Below, piece by piece: positions 18,630 through 30,100 of a stretch of 64,000 nucleotides of DNA. The stretch is from IMG/VR virus record IMGVR_UViG_3300006793_000021, positions 11,321 through 75,320 of that record, one strand, 5' to 3'. The notes under the pieces were generated by a model, which was not told the DNA's origin, searched no databases, and saw only the letters and a program-made list of their open reading frames with translations. The position numbers and the translations under genes are program-made. This DNA comes from a virus. Positions within the stretch are counted from its first letter, which is position 1, and every line of letters starts with the position of its first letter.

Positions 18630-21600
18630 ATGGCAGAGTTTAAGTTAGATAGATTTAAGTATGTTTGGAAAGGTGATTGGACCCCAACTACTGACTATCG
18701 AAGAGACGACATTGTAAGAGTCGGCGGTAAAAGTTATGTGTGTATTGTTACACATACTTCAAGCGGAACGTTCCTTACAGACTTAGAAGCAACATTACCA
18801 GGATCAAGTCCACCACAACCATATCCACAATGGACGGTGATGACAAGTGGTAAATCTTTTGCTGGCACTTGGACACAAGGCGTTGCATATAACTTAGGTG
18901 ACATAGTACTTTATAACGGCTCTTTATATAAATGTAATGATTCACACAACAGCGGAAACTTTGCTTCAGAATATCCTTTTTGGGATCTGTTTGCATACGC
19001 ACAAGAATTTTTAAAAGATTGGACAACAGCAACAACATATGCACCTGGCGGCATTGTAAAATATAACGGTATAGTTTATATTTGTCATATACCACATACA
19101 TCAAGTTCATTACTAGAAAATAATATTAATGACTGGTTAGAATTTGGTAACGGTATTGAATACAAAAGCACATGGACTGCTGGCGTTGACTACAGAAAAA
19201 ATGACTTAATACGCTACGGTGCTAACATATTCCGTTGTACAACTAGTCATACAAGTGCAGGTTTAGCATTTGATCAAACTAAATTTCAAATTGAATTTCC
19301 AGGTACACAAGCAAACTTAGCTGTTTGGCAAGATACTGAATTTTACCAAGAAGGTGACGTTGTACGTTACGGTGGCTTTATTTACTTTGCAATAGCAAAT
19401 AGTATTGATGTTGATCCTAGTAGAAGTCAAGAAGATAGTACAGTAGCATGGATTGTACTTGCTAAAAACTCAAGTTTTGCAGGTGAGTTTGTTTCAGGCA
19501 CAGCATATAAAACAGGTGAACTAGTTTTACGTGGTGGTTATTTGTACAGAGCATTAACTGATGTTAACGTTGTTGATGGTACAGATAGTACTGTAGATTA
19601 TTTAGATAATAGCATTTGGGAAAAAGTTGCTGAAGGTAACAAGTGGTCAGAAGTATGGAAGGAAAACACTAACTACGCAGTTGGTGAAGTTGTTTACTAT
19701 AAAGGTAGTGCGTATGTTTGTACATTTGAACATGATGCTACACAAAGAGACAATCCAGAAAACGGTAGCGGATATAGTTATTGGGATCTACTTATTCAAG
19801 CAGGTCGTCCAGCAGGTATGGATACCAAAGGTGACTTACTTACATACAACACATTAGATGACGGCAGTTCACAAGGCGATATTGGACTACCAATTGGACA
19901 AGAACAACAAGCTCTATCAGTTGCTGACGATTATGAAGCATTTTGGAGAGACTTTGCTAATGATGCAGAAGCAGTGTATGTTGCACCAAAAGGATTTGAC
20001 TTACCTGGTTACGGCAAAGACTGGAAACAACCTTTTGCAACTATTAGACATGCTTGTGAATATATCGAAGATACATTTCCAGCACTAACTCCTGCAAAAA
20101 TATTTATTGCGGCAGGCAGATATGAAGAAGTTGGACCAATAGCAGTTCCAGCAGGTTGTGTTGTTATGGGAGATGAATTACGTGCAACAAACATAATTGC
20201 AACTCCTGCAATTCCAGAATACGAAGACAACTATCAATATGTAAAAGAAACAGATACTTATATTAGTGGATTTATTTTAGATCTTATACAAAATCAATTC
20301 TTAACACCTACAAGCGGAAATAGTGAACCACAAGTATTAGTAGGACCAGTATCAGATCAACCTACAGCACAAAGAATTTTAGAATTAATTGCTGAATATG
20401 AACAGTTTATTGAATTCCGTTTACCTACAGAATCAGGAGATGTTGATCCTGCTCAAACAACTGTATCAAACGATTTAACAACTAACTCAGCATTTAAAGC
20501 GGCATCAGAACAGTTGATGGCTAACAGAGAATTTATTGGTAACGAAGTGTATGCAAGACTAACACTAAACTTTCCAAGCGTTACATTTACTAAGAAATAT
20601 GTTTTAGCAGATGTAAGAGCAATGATTAGAGGTGTTGCACAAGACTTATTATACGAAGGCAATCATAGAACATTATATGCGGCAAGACGTTATACAAATA
20701 GTGCATTAGGCGGACAGTTTGATGACTTGTTTTATATGAGAGATACTACAGGACTAAGAAACTGTACAACTGAAGGTCTTACTGGAACACTAAATCCTCC
20801 AGGCGTGTTTGACTTATATCAACGTCCAACAGGTGGCGCACTTGTATCATTAGATCCAGGTTGGGGACCAGCAGACGAACGTGTTTGGATTAAAAATAGA
20901 TCACCATACATGCAAGGTGTAACAAACTTTGGCTTTGCTTGTGCAGGTATGAAAGTTGACGGAAACTTACATAATGGCGGCAACAAGTCAATGGTTGCAA
21001 ACGACTTTACACAAGTATTAAGCGACGGTGTTGGAGCATGGATTACTAATAATGCTAGAGCAGAACTTGTGTCAGTGTTTACATATTATTGTTCAGTTGG
21101 TTACTTGTCAGAAAATGGCGGCATTATACGTGCAACAAATGGTAACAACTCATATGGTAGATTTGGTAGTATTGCATCAGGTGGAGACACAACAGAAGTT
21201 CCACAATCAACTACATTAATGAATAGAAATAACGAAGCACAAGTTGATAAAGTATTTGCAGGTTTATCAGATGATAGAATCTTAGCATTTGAATTTAGTC
21301 ACACTGGTGAGAAATATACTAGTGCAACTTCAACAGTAACAGGTGCTGGATCAAGTGTTAGTACAGAATTTAGAGATTATAGAGCCGGTGCTTTATTCCA
21401 AGCAAGACTAGTTAATACTCAAGGATCAGGAAGCGAAGGCGGTAGTAATTATCTAGTAAGACAGGGTTACGCACAGGAAACACCAAATGCCGCAAGTACA
21501 CTAAAATTATCAACTACAGATGCAACACAGTTTTATAATGAAATTGAAGGCATGAGAGTTGTAGTTTTATCAGGACTAGGTGCAGGACAGTATGCATATA

Positions 21601-24125
21601 TTACTGCATATAATAGTGCAACTAGAGAAGCTACTTTGACAAAAGATTCAGATGGTACATTAGGGTGGGATCATATTATTCCAGGAACTCCTTTAGTAGC
21701 ATCATTTGACGCAACTACATATTATAGAATAGAACCAAGAGTAGTTGCAAGTGATCCAGGTTGGTTATCAGAAAATAAAACTATTGAACGTTTAGATTAC
21801 GTTAGTGCAGACTTTGGCGGAACAAGTCAGTTATATCCAAGTTTAGATGGTCAAGTAGGAACAGGCGAAACTTTTGGATTAGATCCAATTGCAAGTAATT
21901 GGCGTGTACAACGTTCAGGTAACATTTATACACTAACACTAGTAACTGGCGGTGCTGGTTATGCAGTTAACGATACAATTACACTAAGTGGTACAGACTT
22001 AGGAGGCGCAAGTCCTGCTAATGATATTTCAATTAGAGTAGCATCAGTTACAGACGATAGTTCAAATAGTGTTGCAACATTTACATATTCAGGTGAACCA
22101 GTAGGCGGATTATTTGTTGCTATCGATGATAAATCACAGGCGGCATACAGTGCAGATGGCAACACTTGGGTACAAGTTAATTTAAGTTTTGACGCTGGAA
22201 CTGATGAATACATAAAAATATTAGCAGAAGAAAATAAATTCTTAGCATTTGCTACAGGAATGAATACTTACAGTTATTCAGAAACAGCAACAAGTTGGAC
22301 TACTAGAGCATTGCCAATAACTAGAAATTGGACTGATGCGGCTTTTGGTAGCGGCACGTTTGTATTAGTTGCTTCAGGAACAGCAGATGCACTTTATAGT
22401 ACAGATGGACTAACATTTTCACAATCAGTATTACCACAAACAGATGACTGGGCGGCAGTACAATACGGTCAAGGAACATTTGTTGCAGTAACAAGTGGAG
22501 CAACACAAGACGTTGCTACATCACCAGATGGTATTACATGGACACTGAGAAACGCAGTATTACCAGCAGGAAGTAAAACTTGGACTAATGTATTATTTGG
22601 TAAAAATAGATTTGTTGCTATAGCAACTGATGGAACAACAGCATATTCATTAGACAAGGGTGTAACTTGGACAGCAGGTGGTAGTTGTAACGAAAGTGGA
22701 GCCTTTGTTGTTAAAAACGGCATATATTCGCAAGGTGTGTTTATGGCAGTTGGTTGGGCAACTACAGTTGGATCTGGCTTTACACTAGAAGGTTATGAAA
22801 ATGCATTAGTATCAGAAGACGGTATTACATGGACACCACAATCATTAAATTTAAGTTATAAGTGGGCGGCGATTGCTGAAGCACCATTAGACGGAACTCC
22901 AAAGTTCATGGTAATTGCACAAGATGCAGACGGTGGCTTACAACATGTAACAACAGGATGTAAAGCTCTTGTTAGAGCAAGTGTTAACCAAGGTAAATTC
23001 CAAGACTTATTGATATGGGATCCAGGCAGTGGTTATAATGATGCAAATCCTTTAACATTAACTGTTACAGATACGCAATTTGTATCAGAAGTTGAATTTG
23101 AAAATAGAATTGGTACAGGAGTGTTATCACAACCAGACTTTATTAATAGAGGTGGCGGTTATCGTATAACAAGTACAAACGTAACTATTGCAGGTGATGG
23201 TTATGCAGATATTGTACCAGAAGCGGCATTTATGACACTAGCAGGAGTTGCAACAATTCCTGGACCAGGTGTGCAAATTAAATTTGAAGGCTTATTAGAA
23301 GAAGCTACAGATGACCCAAATGATTTAAAATTATTCTCAGGTATTGAAATTACAGATTTAGGTGATGACGGTAGTGGCGCAGGAACAAGACTAGTTGCTT
23401 TTAAAGTTTCTCCAAGATTAAGAAACGAATATAATTTAGCACACGGTACAGTTGTAACACTACGTGAACGTTATAGTCAGTGTAGAATTAGTGGACACGA
23501 CTTCCTAGACATTGGTACAGGTAACTTTGTAAACACAAACTATCCTGACATATATGCAGGCGGAGCGTACTACACAGCGGCACCAGAAAATGAAGTATTA
23601 GAGCAAACAGGCGGAAGAGTATTTTATGTAAGTACTGACCAAGATGGTAACTTTAGAACAGGTGAATTATTCAGTGTACAACAGGCAACAGGTATTGTTA
23701 CTATTAGTGCTGAATTCTTTGACTTAGACGGTCTGTCAGAACTAGCACTTGGTGGTGTTAGATTAGGTGGTTCAGGTACAGTTGTTAATGAATTTAGTAC
23801 AGACCCAACTTTTGCGGCAGACTCCAATCAGGTTATTCCAACACAAAGAGCTATTGCTTCATTCTTAGCAGACAGACTAAGTGTTGGTGGTGAGAACTTA
23901 GAGACAAACGCAATACAGGCAGGACAAGTAAGAGTTGGTACAGTTGATAACGTTATAGAACATGCATCAGACGGCGCTATTGACATACCAATTGATGTTT
24001 CAATTGATGGAACATATACATCGACAGATGAGTTTGGTGTAGAGACAACAGAACAAGTTGCAATAAGTGGTACAATATACACTATGCAACAATTAATGAA
24101 AGGCCATGACGACTCTGTTCAATAA
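18630..24125 (+). CDS. Giant fiber/adhesin-like structural protein (1831 aa)
   Basis: N-terminal W...Y..GD.V.Y.G repeats (CBM5/12-like), beta-helix entry motif, Asp-box-like S.DG.TW propeller repeats, C-terminal GHDFLDIGTGNF block. Confidence 0.8.
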   Translation: MAEFKLDRFKYVWKGDWTPTTDYRRDDIVRVGGKSYVCIVTHTSSGTFLTDLEATLPGSSPPQPYPQWTVMTSGKSFAGTWTQGVAYNLGDIVLYNGSLYKCNDSHNSGNFASEYPFWDLFAYAQEFLKDWTTATTYAPGGIVKYNGIVYICHIPHTSSSLLENNINDWLEFGNGIEYKSTWTAGVDYRKNDLIRYGANIFRCTTSHTSAGLAFDQTKFQIEFPGTQANLAVWQDTEFYQEGDVVRYGGFIYFAIANSIDVDPSRSQEDSTVAWIVLAKNSSFAGEFVSGTAYKTGELVLRGGYLYRALTDVNVVDGTDSTVDYLDNSIWEKVAEGNKWSEVWKENTNYAVGEVVYYKGSAYVCTFEHDATQRDNPENGSGYSYWDLLIQAGRPAGMDTKGDLLTYNTLDDGSSQGDIGLPIGQEQQALSVADDYEAFWRDFANDAEAVYVAPKGFDLPGYGKDWKQPFATIRHACEYIEDTFPALTPAKIFIAAGRYEEVGPIAVPAGCVVMGDELRATNIIATPAIPEYEDNYQYVKETDTYISGFILDLIQNQFLTPTSGNSEPQVLVGPVSDQPTAQRILELIAEYEQFIEFRLPTESGDVDPAQTTVSNDLTTNSAFKAASEQLMANREFIGNEVYARLTLNFPSVTFTKKYVLADVRAMIRGVAQDLLYEGNHRTLYAARRYTNSALGGQFDDLFYMRDTTGLRNCTTEGLTGTLNPPGVFDLYQRPTGGALVSLDPGWGPADERVWIKNRSPYMQGVTNFGFACAGMKVDGNLHNGGNKSMVANDFTQVLSDGVGAWITNNARAELVSVFTYYCSVGYLSENGGIIRATNGNNSYGRFGSIASGGDTTEVPQSTTLMNRNNEAQVDKVFAGLSDDRILAFEFSHTGEKYTSATSTVTGAGSSVSTEFRDYRAGALFQARLVNTQGSGSEGGSNYLVRQGYAQETPNAASTLKLSTTDATQFYNEIEGMRVVVLSGLGAGQYAYITAYNSATREATLTKDSDGTLGWDHIIPGTPLVASFDATTYYRIEPRVVASDPGWLSENKTIERLDYVSADFGGTSQLYPSLDGQVGTGETFGLDPIASNWRVQRSGNIYTLTLVTGGAGYAVNDTITLSGTDLGGASPANDISIRVASVTDDSSNSVATFTYSGEPVGGLFVAIDDKSQAAYSADGNTWVQVNLSFDAGTDEYIKILAEENKFLAFATGMNTYSYSETATSWTTRALPITRNWTDAAFGSGTFVLVASGTADALYSTDGLTFSQSVLPQTDDWAAVQYGQGTFVAVTSGATQDVATSPDGITWTLRNAVLPAGSKTWTNVLFGKNRFVAIATDGTTAYSLDKGVTWTAGGSCNESGAFVVKNGIYSQGVFMAVGWATTVGSGFTLEGYENALVSEDGITWTPQSLNLSYKWAAIAEAPLDGTPKFMVIAQDADGGLQHVTTGCKALVRASVNQGKFQDLLIWDPGSGYNDANPLTLTVTDTQFVSEVEFENRIGTGVLSQPDFINRGGGYRITSTNVTIAGDGYADIVPEAAFMTLAGVATIPGPGVQIKFEGLLEEATDDPNDLKLFSGIEITDLGDDGSGAGTRLVAFKVSPRLRNEYNLAHGTVVTLRERYSQCRISGHDFLDIGTGNFVNTNYPDIYAGGAYYTAAPENEVLEQTGGRVFYVSTDQDGNFRTGELFSVQQATGIVTISAEFFDLDGLSELALGGVRLGGSGTVVNEFSTDPTFAADSNQVIPTQRAIASFLADRLSVGGENLETNAIQAGQVRVGTVDNVIEHASDGAIDIPIDVSIDGTYTSTDEFGVETTEQVAISGTIYTMQQLMKGHDDSVQ

Positions 24126-24177
24126 AATGCGCAGATATCATAGATGGATAAATACAGTAACTTGGAGTTAAGAACAA

Positions 24178-27100
24178 ATGGCAGAGTTTAAATTAGGTAG
24201 AATTAGATTCGTTTGGAAAGGTACATGGAGTACTGGCAGAACGTATTATCAAGACGATGTCGTCACAGTAGGCGGCAGAATGTACATATGTACGATTGGA
24301 CATGAAAGTGACGCAGACTTTTATAACGATTTCGATATAGTACCCCCAAAATGGAATCTTGTTTCAGATGGACAAGCATGGAAGGGTAACTGGTCCCCAA
24401 ATACAGCATACATTTACAATGATATTGTAAAATATGGCTCAGGACTTTATATTGCAAATACCAATCATACTTCTGCAAATACAACGGGCACAGGCTCTTT
24501 TGCAGTAACAATAGAAACAAATGCTTCTGCTCCAGGCAATAATGTTTTTGTTGTCGATGGTGTACAATATCCAAACTTACAACTTACTGCTGGTTACACT
24601 TATACTTTTGTACAAGATGATGAATCAAATGATACTCATCCGTTTTTATTCAGTGAAACAAAACACGGTACACACAACGGTGGAACTACATACGAAACAG
24701 GCGTTACTTACTACCTAGACGGCGCTGTAGTTGCTGATAAAGCAACTTATGTTGGAGGCTTTGATGCGGCAACAACACGTAAAATAGTAATTGCAGTTAC
24801 AGGCGCAACTCCAGATCCTTTATACTACTATTGTCATAACCATAACAACATGGCAATTGATGCAGAAATTGATATTCAACTTGTTGGATTAGAAAATGAC
24901 GAATCAAAATGGGATACCTTTACAAACGGTATTACTTGGAAAGGTGATTGGCAAACAGGCTTTGGTTATAAAGTAAATGACATTGTTAAATATGGCGGAA
25001 GTTCATATGTGTGTAATACAGCACATACTTCAGGATCATTATCCGATGGCTTAGAAGTAGACCAAGCAAAATGGGATTATCTAAACCAAGGTATTGAATA
25101 TAAGTCACAGTGGATTACTGGAACACGTTATAAAGTAAATGACGTAGTACGTTACGGTGCTAGTTTGTGGATTGCAACAGCACAGCATACAGGTTCAGCA
25201 TCATTTGGTACTGACAGTGCTAATTGGGAAAAATTTGTAGAAGGCTTCCAGTACGAAGGCGAATGGGATGCCTATAAAGATTATCAACCAGGTGATATTG
25301 TACAATATGGTGGTTACCAGTATATTGCAAAAACAGATCACATTGGAGAGTTTCCTTCAACAAGTACAGTAAACTGGGACTTGTTTAGTGAAGGATTTAA
25401 ATTCCAAGACGAATGGGGTGCTGATAGTACAGCACAAGAATATAGAGTAGGTGACGTTGTACGTTACGGTGGTTTTACATATCTATGTATTTTAGACCAC
25501 ACTAACCAAGAACCACCAAATGCTACTTACTGGAAAAAGTTTACTTCAGGATTAAACTGGAGAGCAGTATGGGCAGACGATGTAGAATACAAAGTTGGTG
25601 ATGTTGCACGTTACGGTGATAACTCATACATATGTATTAACGGACATTTATCAGATGGTGATAGCGCAGGCAGTGCAGGCTTTGCTATTAACTCAAGACC
25701 AGACCAAGACACTGGTGGCGTATATTGGCAAGTTATTGCTGTTGGTACAGAACAATCTGTGCTTACTACAAAAGGTGACTTAGTTTACTATAGTGGATCT
25801 GCTCCAACAAGATTACCAATTGGTGAAGATGGTCAAATTTTAACTGTTAACTCCGAAGGACTTCCTAACTGGGAATTCATAGGCGAAACAGATGATGTTT
25901 ATTATGTTGCAGGTCACGGTAAAGATAGCCCAGCACCAATATATGGTAAAACAATTGATAGACCTTTTAAAACTATTAGATATGCGGCACATCAAATTGA
26001 ACGTGGTGCAAAGAATCCTAATGCGGCAAAACTACTTGAACTAAACAGAAGATTTATTCAAAGAGAAATTGTTGAATTTACAGACAATCAAATTACAAAT
26101 AACGTTGCTCCATTTACAAGCAGTTTTGCATACGTTGCAGAAAAATGTGAAAGAGATATGGGTCTTATTGTAGACGCAGTTATTTGGGATATTAAACATG
26201 GCGGTAACGAACTTACATGGGACGCAATGTACGAGTATGTTAAAAATGCAACTAATTTTTACACACTAGGACAAGAAGCAGAAACAGTAGCAAGTATTAA
26301 CTACGGTGTAACTGTAATGACTGCTGTTTTAAATCAAACAGCACCAGCAGTAAATTATCAAACATTAAATGGTGATAACTCAACAGCGATTGTAGCACAA
26401 CATACAGATGCAAGTTTATCTGCTGAAACTGTAATTGACCATATTACAGCAAATGTTAAAATGATAACAGATGCAATTACAGCATCTAACCCAAATCAAG
26501 TGTTGCCTAAGAAAATTGTTCCAACAACATTAATTAAAGTTTCTACAGGATACTACTACGAAGTACTTCCAATTATTGTACCAGCTGAATGTTGTATTAT
26601 GGGAGACGAATTACGTGCAACAAACGTACAGCCTCGCAAAGCAACAAATGCTACACTAACACCAAAACAAGATATACCATTTAGTTTTGAAGGACTTTCT
26701 CGTGTAGAAGAAGTTGTTGCAGATATTGTTGAAGGTGTTGCAGTTTCCAAAACAACAGCAAATGCATTAACACAAGACCAAACATGGCCTTATGCAGAAA
26801 CTGATGTAGTTGGTCCGCAAGTACAAAAATTAGCACGTACTATACGTAGACAAATTGATAGTTCAACAGGTACTAAAGTTGAAGCAATTTATACACCTAT
26901 ATACGAAATGACTGATCCAAATTTTGGACGTTCAAGAGATTTATTCTTACAAAACAAAGCATTTATACAAGCAGAAATAATTGCTTACATTGAAGAAAAC
27001 TATCCAGGACTAAGTTACAGTAAAACAAAATGTAAAAATGATGTTGGCTTAATTATGGACAATGTTGCGTATGACTTAACATACGGCGGTAACTGGATGA

Positions 27101-30100
27101 GTGTTGAAGCAGGTAAAGCATACTTCAACGGTAATACAAATACATTACAAATTAACAGTACTGAAAAAACAGCAACGTTAGCGGCATACGCACAACTTAA
27201 ATCATTACTACAAACAGTTGGACGTAATATTGTAGTTAACCCAACTAGTCAAACACCAGATGATGCGGCAGACGTATCAACTGTTGCAGTTCCTCAAATT
27301 GCAGGTACAGGTGGTAGTGTTGCAGTTTCAACAGAAATAGGTAACTTACTAGACGATGTAATTTACACAATTGATAACGGATATGACAATGCTCCGGCAA
27401 TTACATATCCAACAATTCCAGCAACATCGGATGCACAGTTAGTACAAACTCAAACTACTACTGACTTACTAGGAATACAAACTGGGACTATTGACTTTAT
27501 TAGTAAGAACTTTGGTTCATTCAAATATAATAGTGCAACTTGCCGCAGAGATTTAACAAATATTATTACAGATGTTGCATATGATGTAGCATTAGGTACA
27601 AACTATAACGGTGTGTTTAGTGGTATTGCTTATCAGCGTCCAACTAACTCATATAACTTAACATCACAGCGTATTGAAACAATTGGTGCATTACGTTTTG
27701 CAAGAGATGAGCTAAAAGCAGACATTACTGATGCAACAGCAGAAGCAAGAATGGTTGCGGCATTTAATGAAATAGTTGATATTATTGATAACGGACTAGC
27801 GGCGGCAGATGCAAATGTATATCCAACACCAAGTTCATTACCAACAACAAATGCTGATGATGCGTTTGCAGACTTAAATGCAAACATTGCATTTATAAAA
27901 GCAGAAATTAATGCTTGGATTGATGATCAAGTTTTATTAAACACAACTACAACACCAGATCCAAACAGTATTTGGTTTAACTTTACATATGATGCAACTA
28001 AGTGTGCAAGAGATGTAGGCTATATTATTGAAGCAATGAAGTATGATATACTTTATGGCGGTACAATGGGAGCATCAAGAATTGCTGAATCCTACTTTGG
28101 AATTTACGGCGATACTTATCCTGCAGGCCAAACAGCACAAACTGCGGCGGCATATGATAGACTTGCTACAGTATTAGATCAAATTGCAAGAGAAGCATCA
28201 GTAACTAAATCTTCAGGTAACGCATTGAACCAAACACAATTAGGTTCAGCGGCAACTTCAACTGAAGGTAATGCATTACTTGCAAACATGCAAATTATTG
28301 AAGATGTATTAACAGCAGGAAATGCTAACGGCATGCCAGCAGTAGTATATCCAGACTTAGCATCATTAGGTGTATCAGCTACATTGCAAACTGAAAAAGG
28401 CGCAATGGATACTGCTAGAGCACAAACAATACTAGATGTTATCCAATATATTTCAGATACTTACAATGACTTTAATTACAATCATGCTAAGTGTTCAAGA
28501 GATGTTGGATTAATTATAACTGCTTTTGTATACGACTATGCATTGAATACTAACTATGCTAGTATGTTTGCGGCGCAGTCATACTTAAGAGCACCAAGTA
28601 AAAATGTTGTTAACGATCAAAAAACTGCAAGTATTGCGGCATTTGAATTTGCAAGAACTAAAGTATTAGAATCAGTAGTTACAGCAGGTGGCTTTGCTCC
28701 AGCAGTACAAGCAGTAAACAATACTTGGGAATGGATTGATGATACAATCTTTAATGCTACAGCAGAAGGTGGTAAATCTAACAGCGATCAAGAAGTATGG
28801 AACGCAGTAAGACACTTAGAACTTAATAAAGAATTTATTGTAGAAGAAGTTGTTGCACACGTTGATGATTGGTTCAAGATAGCAGTTTCCAAAACTGATC
28901 AAGCATCAAGCGTATTAACAGTAGCAGACACAAGTTGGTTAAAAGCAAATCAAAAAGTGCTTGCACAAAACATGGATGACTCTGCAGACGCAGTAACAGA
29001 CGCAAACCTTGCAGTAAGTACAACTTACTATGTTAAAGATATTTTAAGCGATACAACACTTACATTATCTGCAACACCAGGTGGTTCAGCTGTTGCATTA
29101 TACGACACTGATTCAATTGTAGTACAATTAGATGAAGGTAAATTACGCAACGATATGTCTGATATAGTTGAAGGCATTGCATTTGATGCAGTTCTTAATA
29201 CTAACTACAACCAAGTAGCATTAGGCTTAGATTTTGTAACAGGCGACAATGCATCAATAACTGCACTAGGTAAAACACAAATTGCGGCAGGTATATCATA
29301 TGCTAAAGGACTAGTTGCAGGAATAAAAGAGTTTAGAACAAATGCAACTTACTTGTCAAGATCAAATGCAGGATTTGACGAAGTTACTGATATTGTAAAC
29401 AACGGTGCAGGCAATGCAAACGCATTAACTTTCACAGGCACAAACAATGCAGTTGACCAAGTAGCAAACAATGAAGCATTTATAGCAACAGAAGTATTAG
29501 AATGGATTAACCAAAACTATAATTCAATTTACACAGCAATGGACACTACACAGTTTACAACTGAAATAGGGTACATAGTTGATGCTTTAAGATATGACTT
29601 ATTAAATGGTGGTAACAGTGCAACACATAGACTTGCTACAAGATACTTTACAAGTACAGAGTTTAAAGCTAACCTTGGTAATAATGCTACTGCAAGTGGA
29701 CTTGCATTTAACTACTTACAATCGTTTATTGATAACATTGTATTAGATAATACAGCAGGTTGGTCAAAATTAAGCGGCGGAACACAAGATACATCTGCTT
29801 CAGCTGGTACAGCAACTCAAGCAACAACAGCACAAGCATTAGTAGGAATAATAGAATCAGTTGCAGGCGGTAACGCGGCAGGTGTTAAAAATTATCCAAC
29901 AATGACACTAGCAAGTGCTACATCAGTAAGTAATGTTATAGCACATGCTTCTAAAATTGGAGTTAAAGCAGTACGTAGTGTAAGTAATACTTACAGAGCA
30001 TCGTTTGAATTAAAAGCAGATTATGCTTACAATAAAACATTATGTAAACGTGATGTACGTGAATACATTGAAGCAATGAAATGGGATATGACTAACACTC

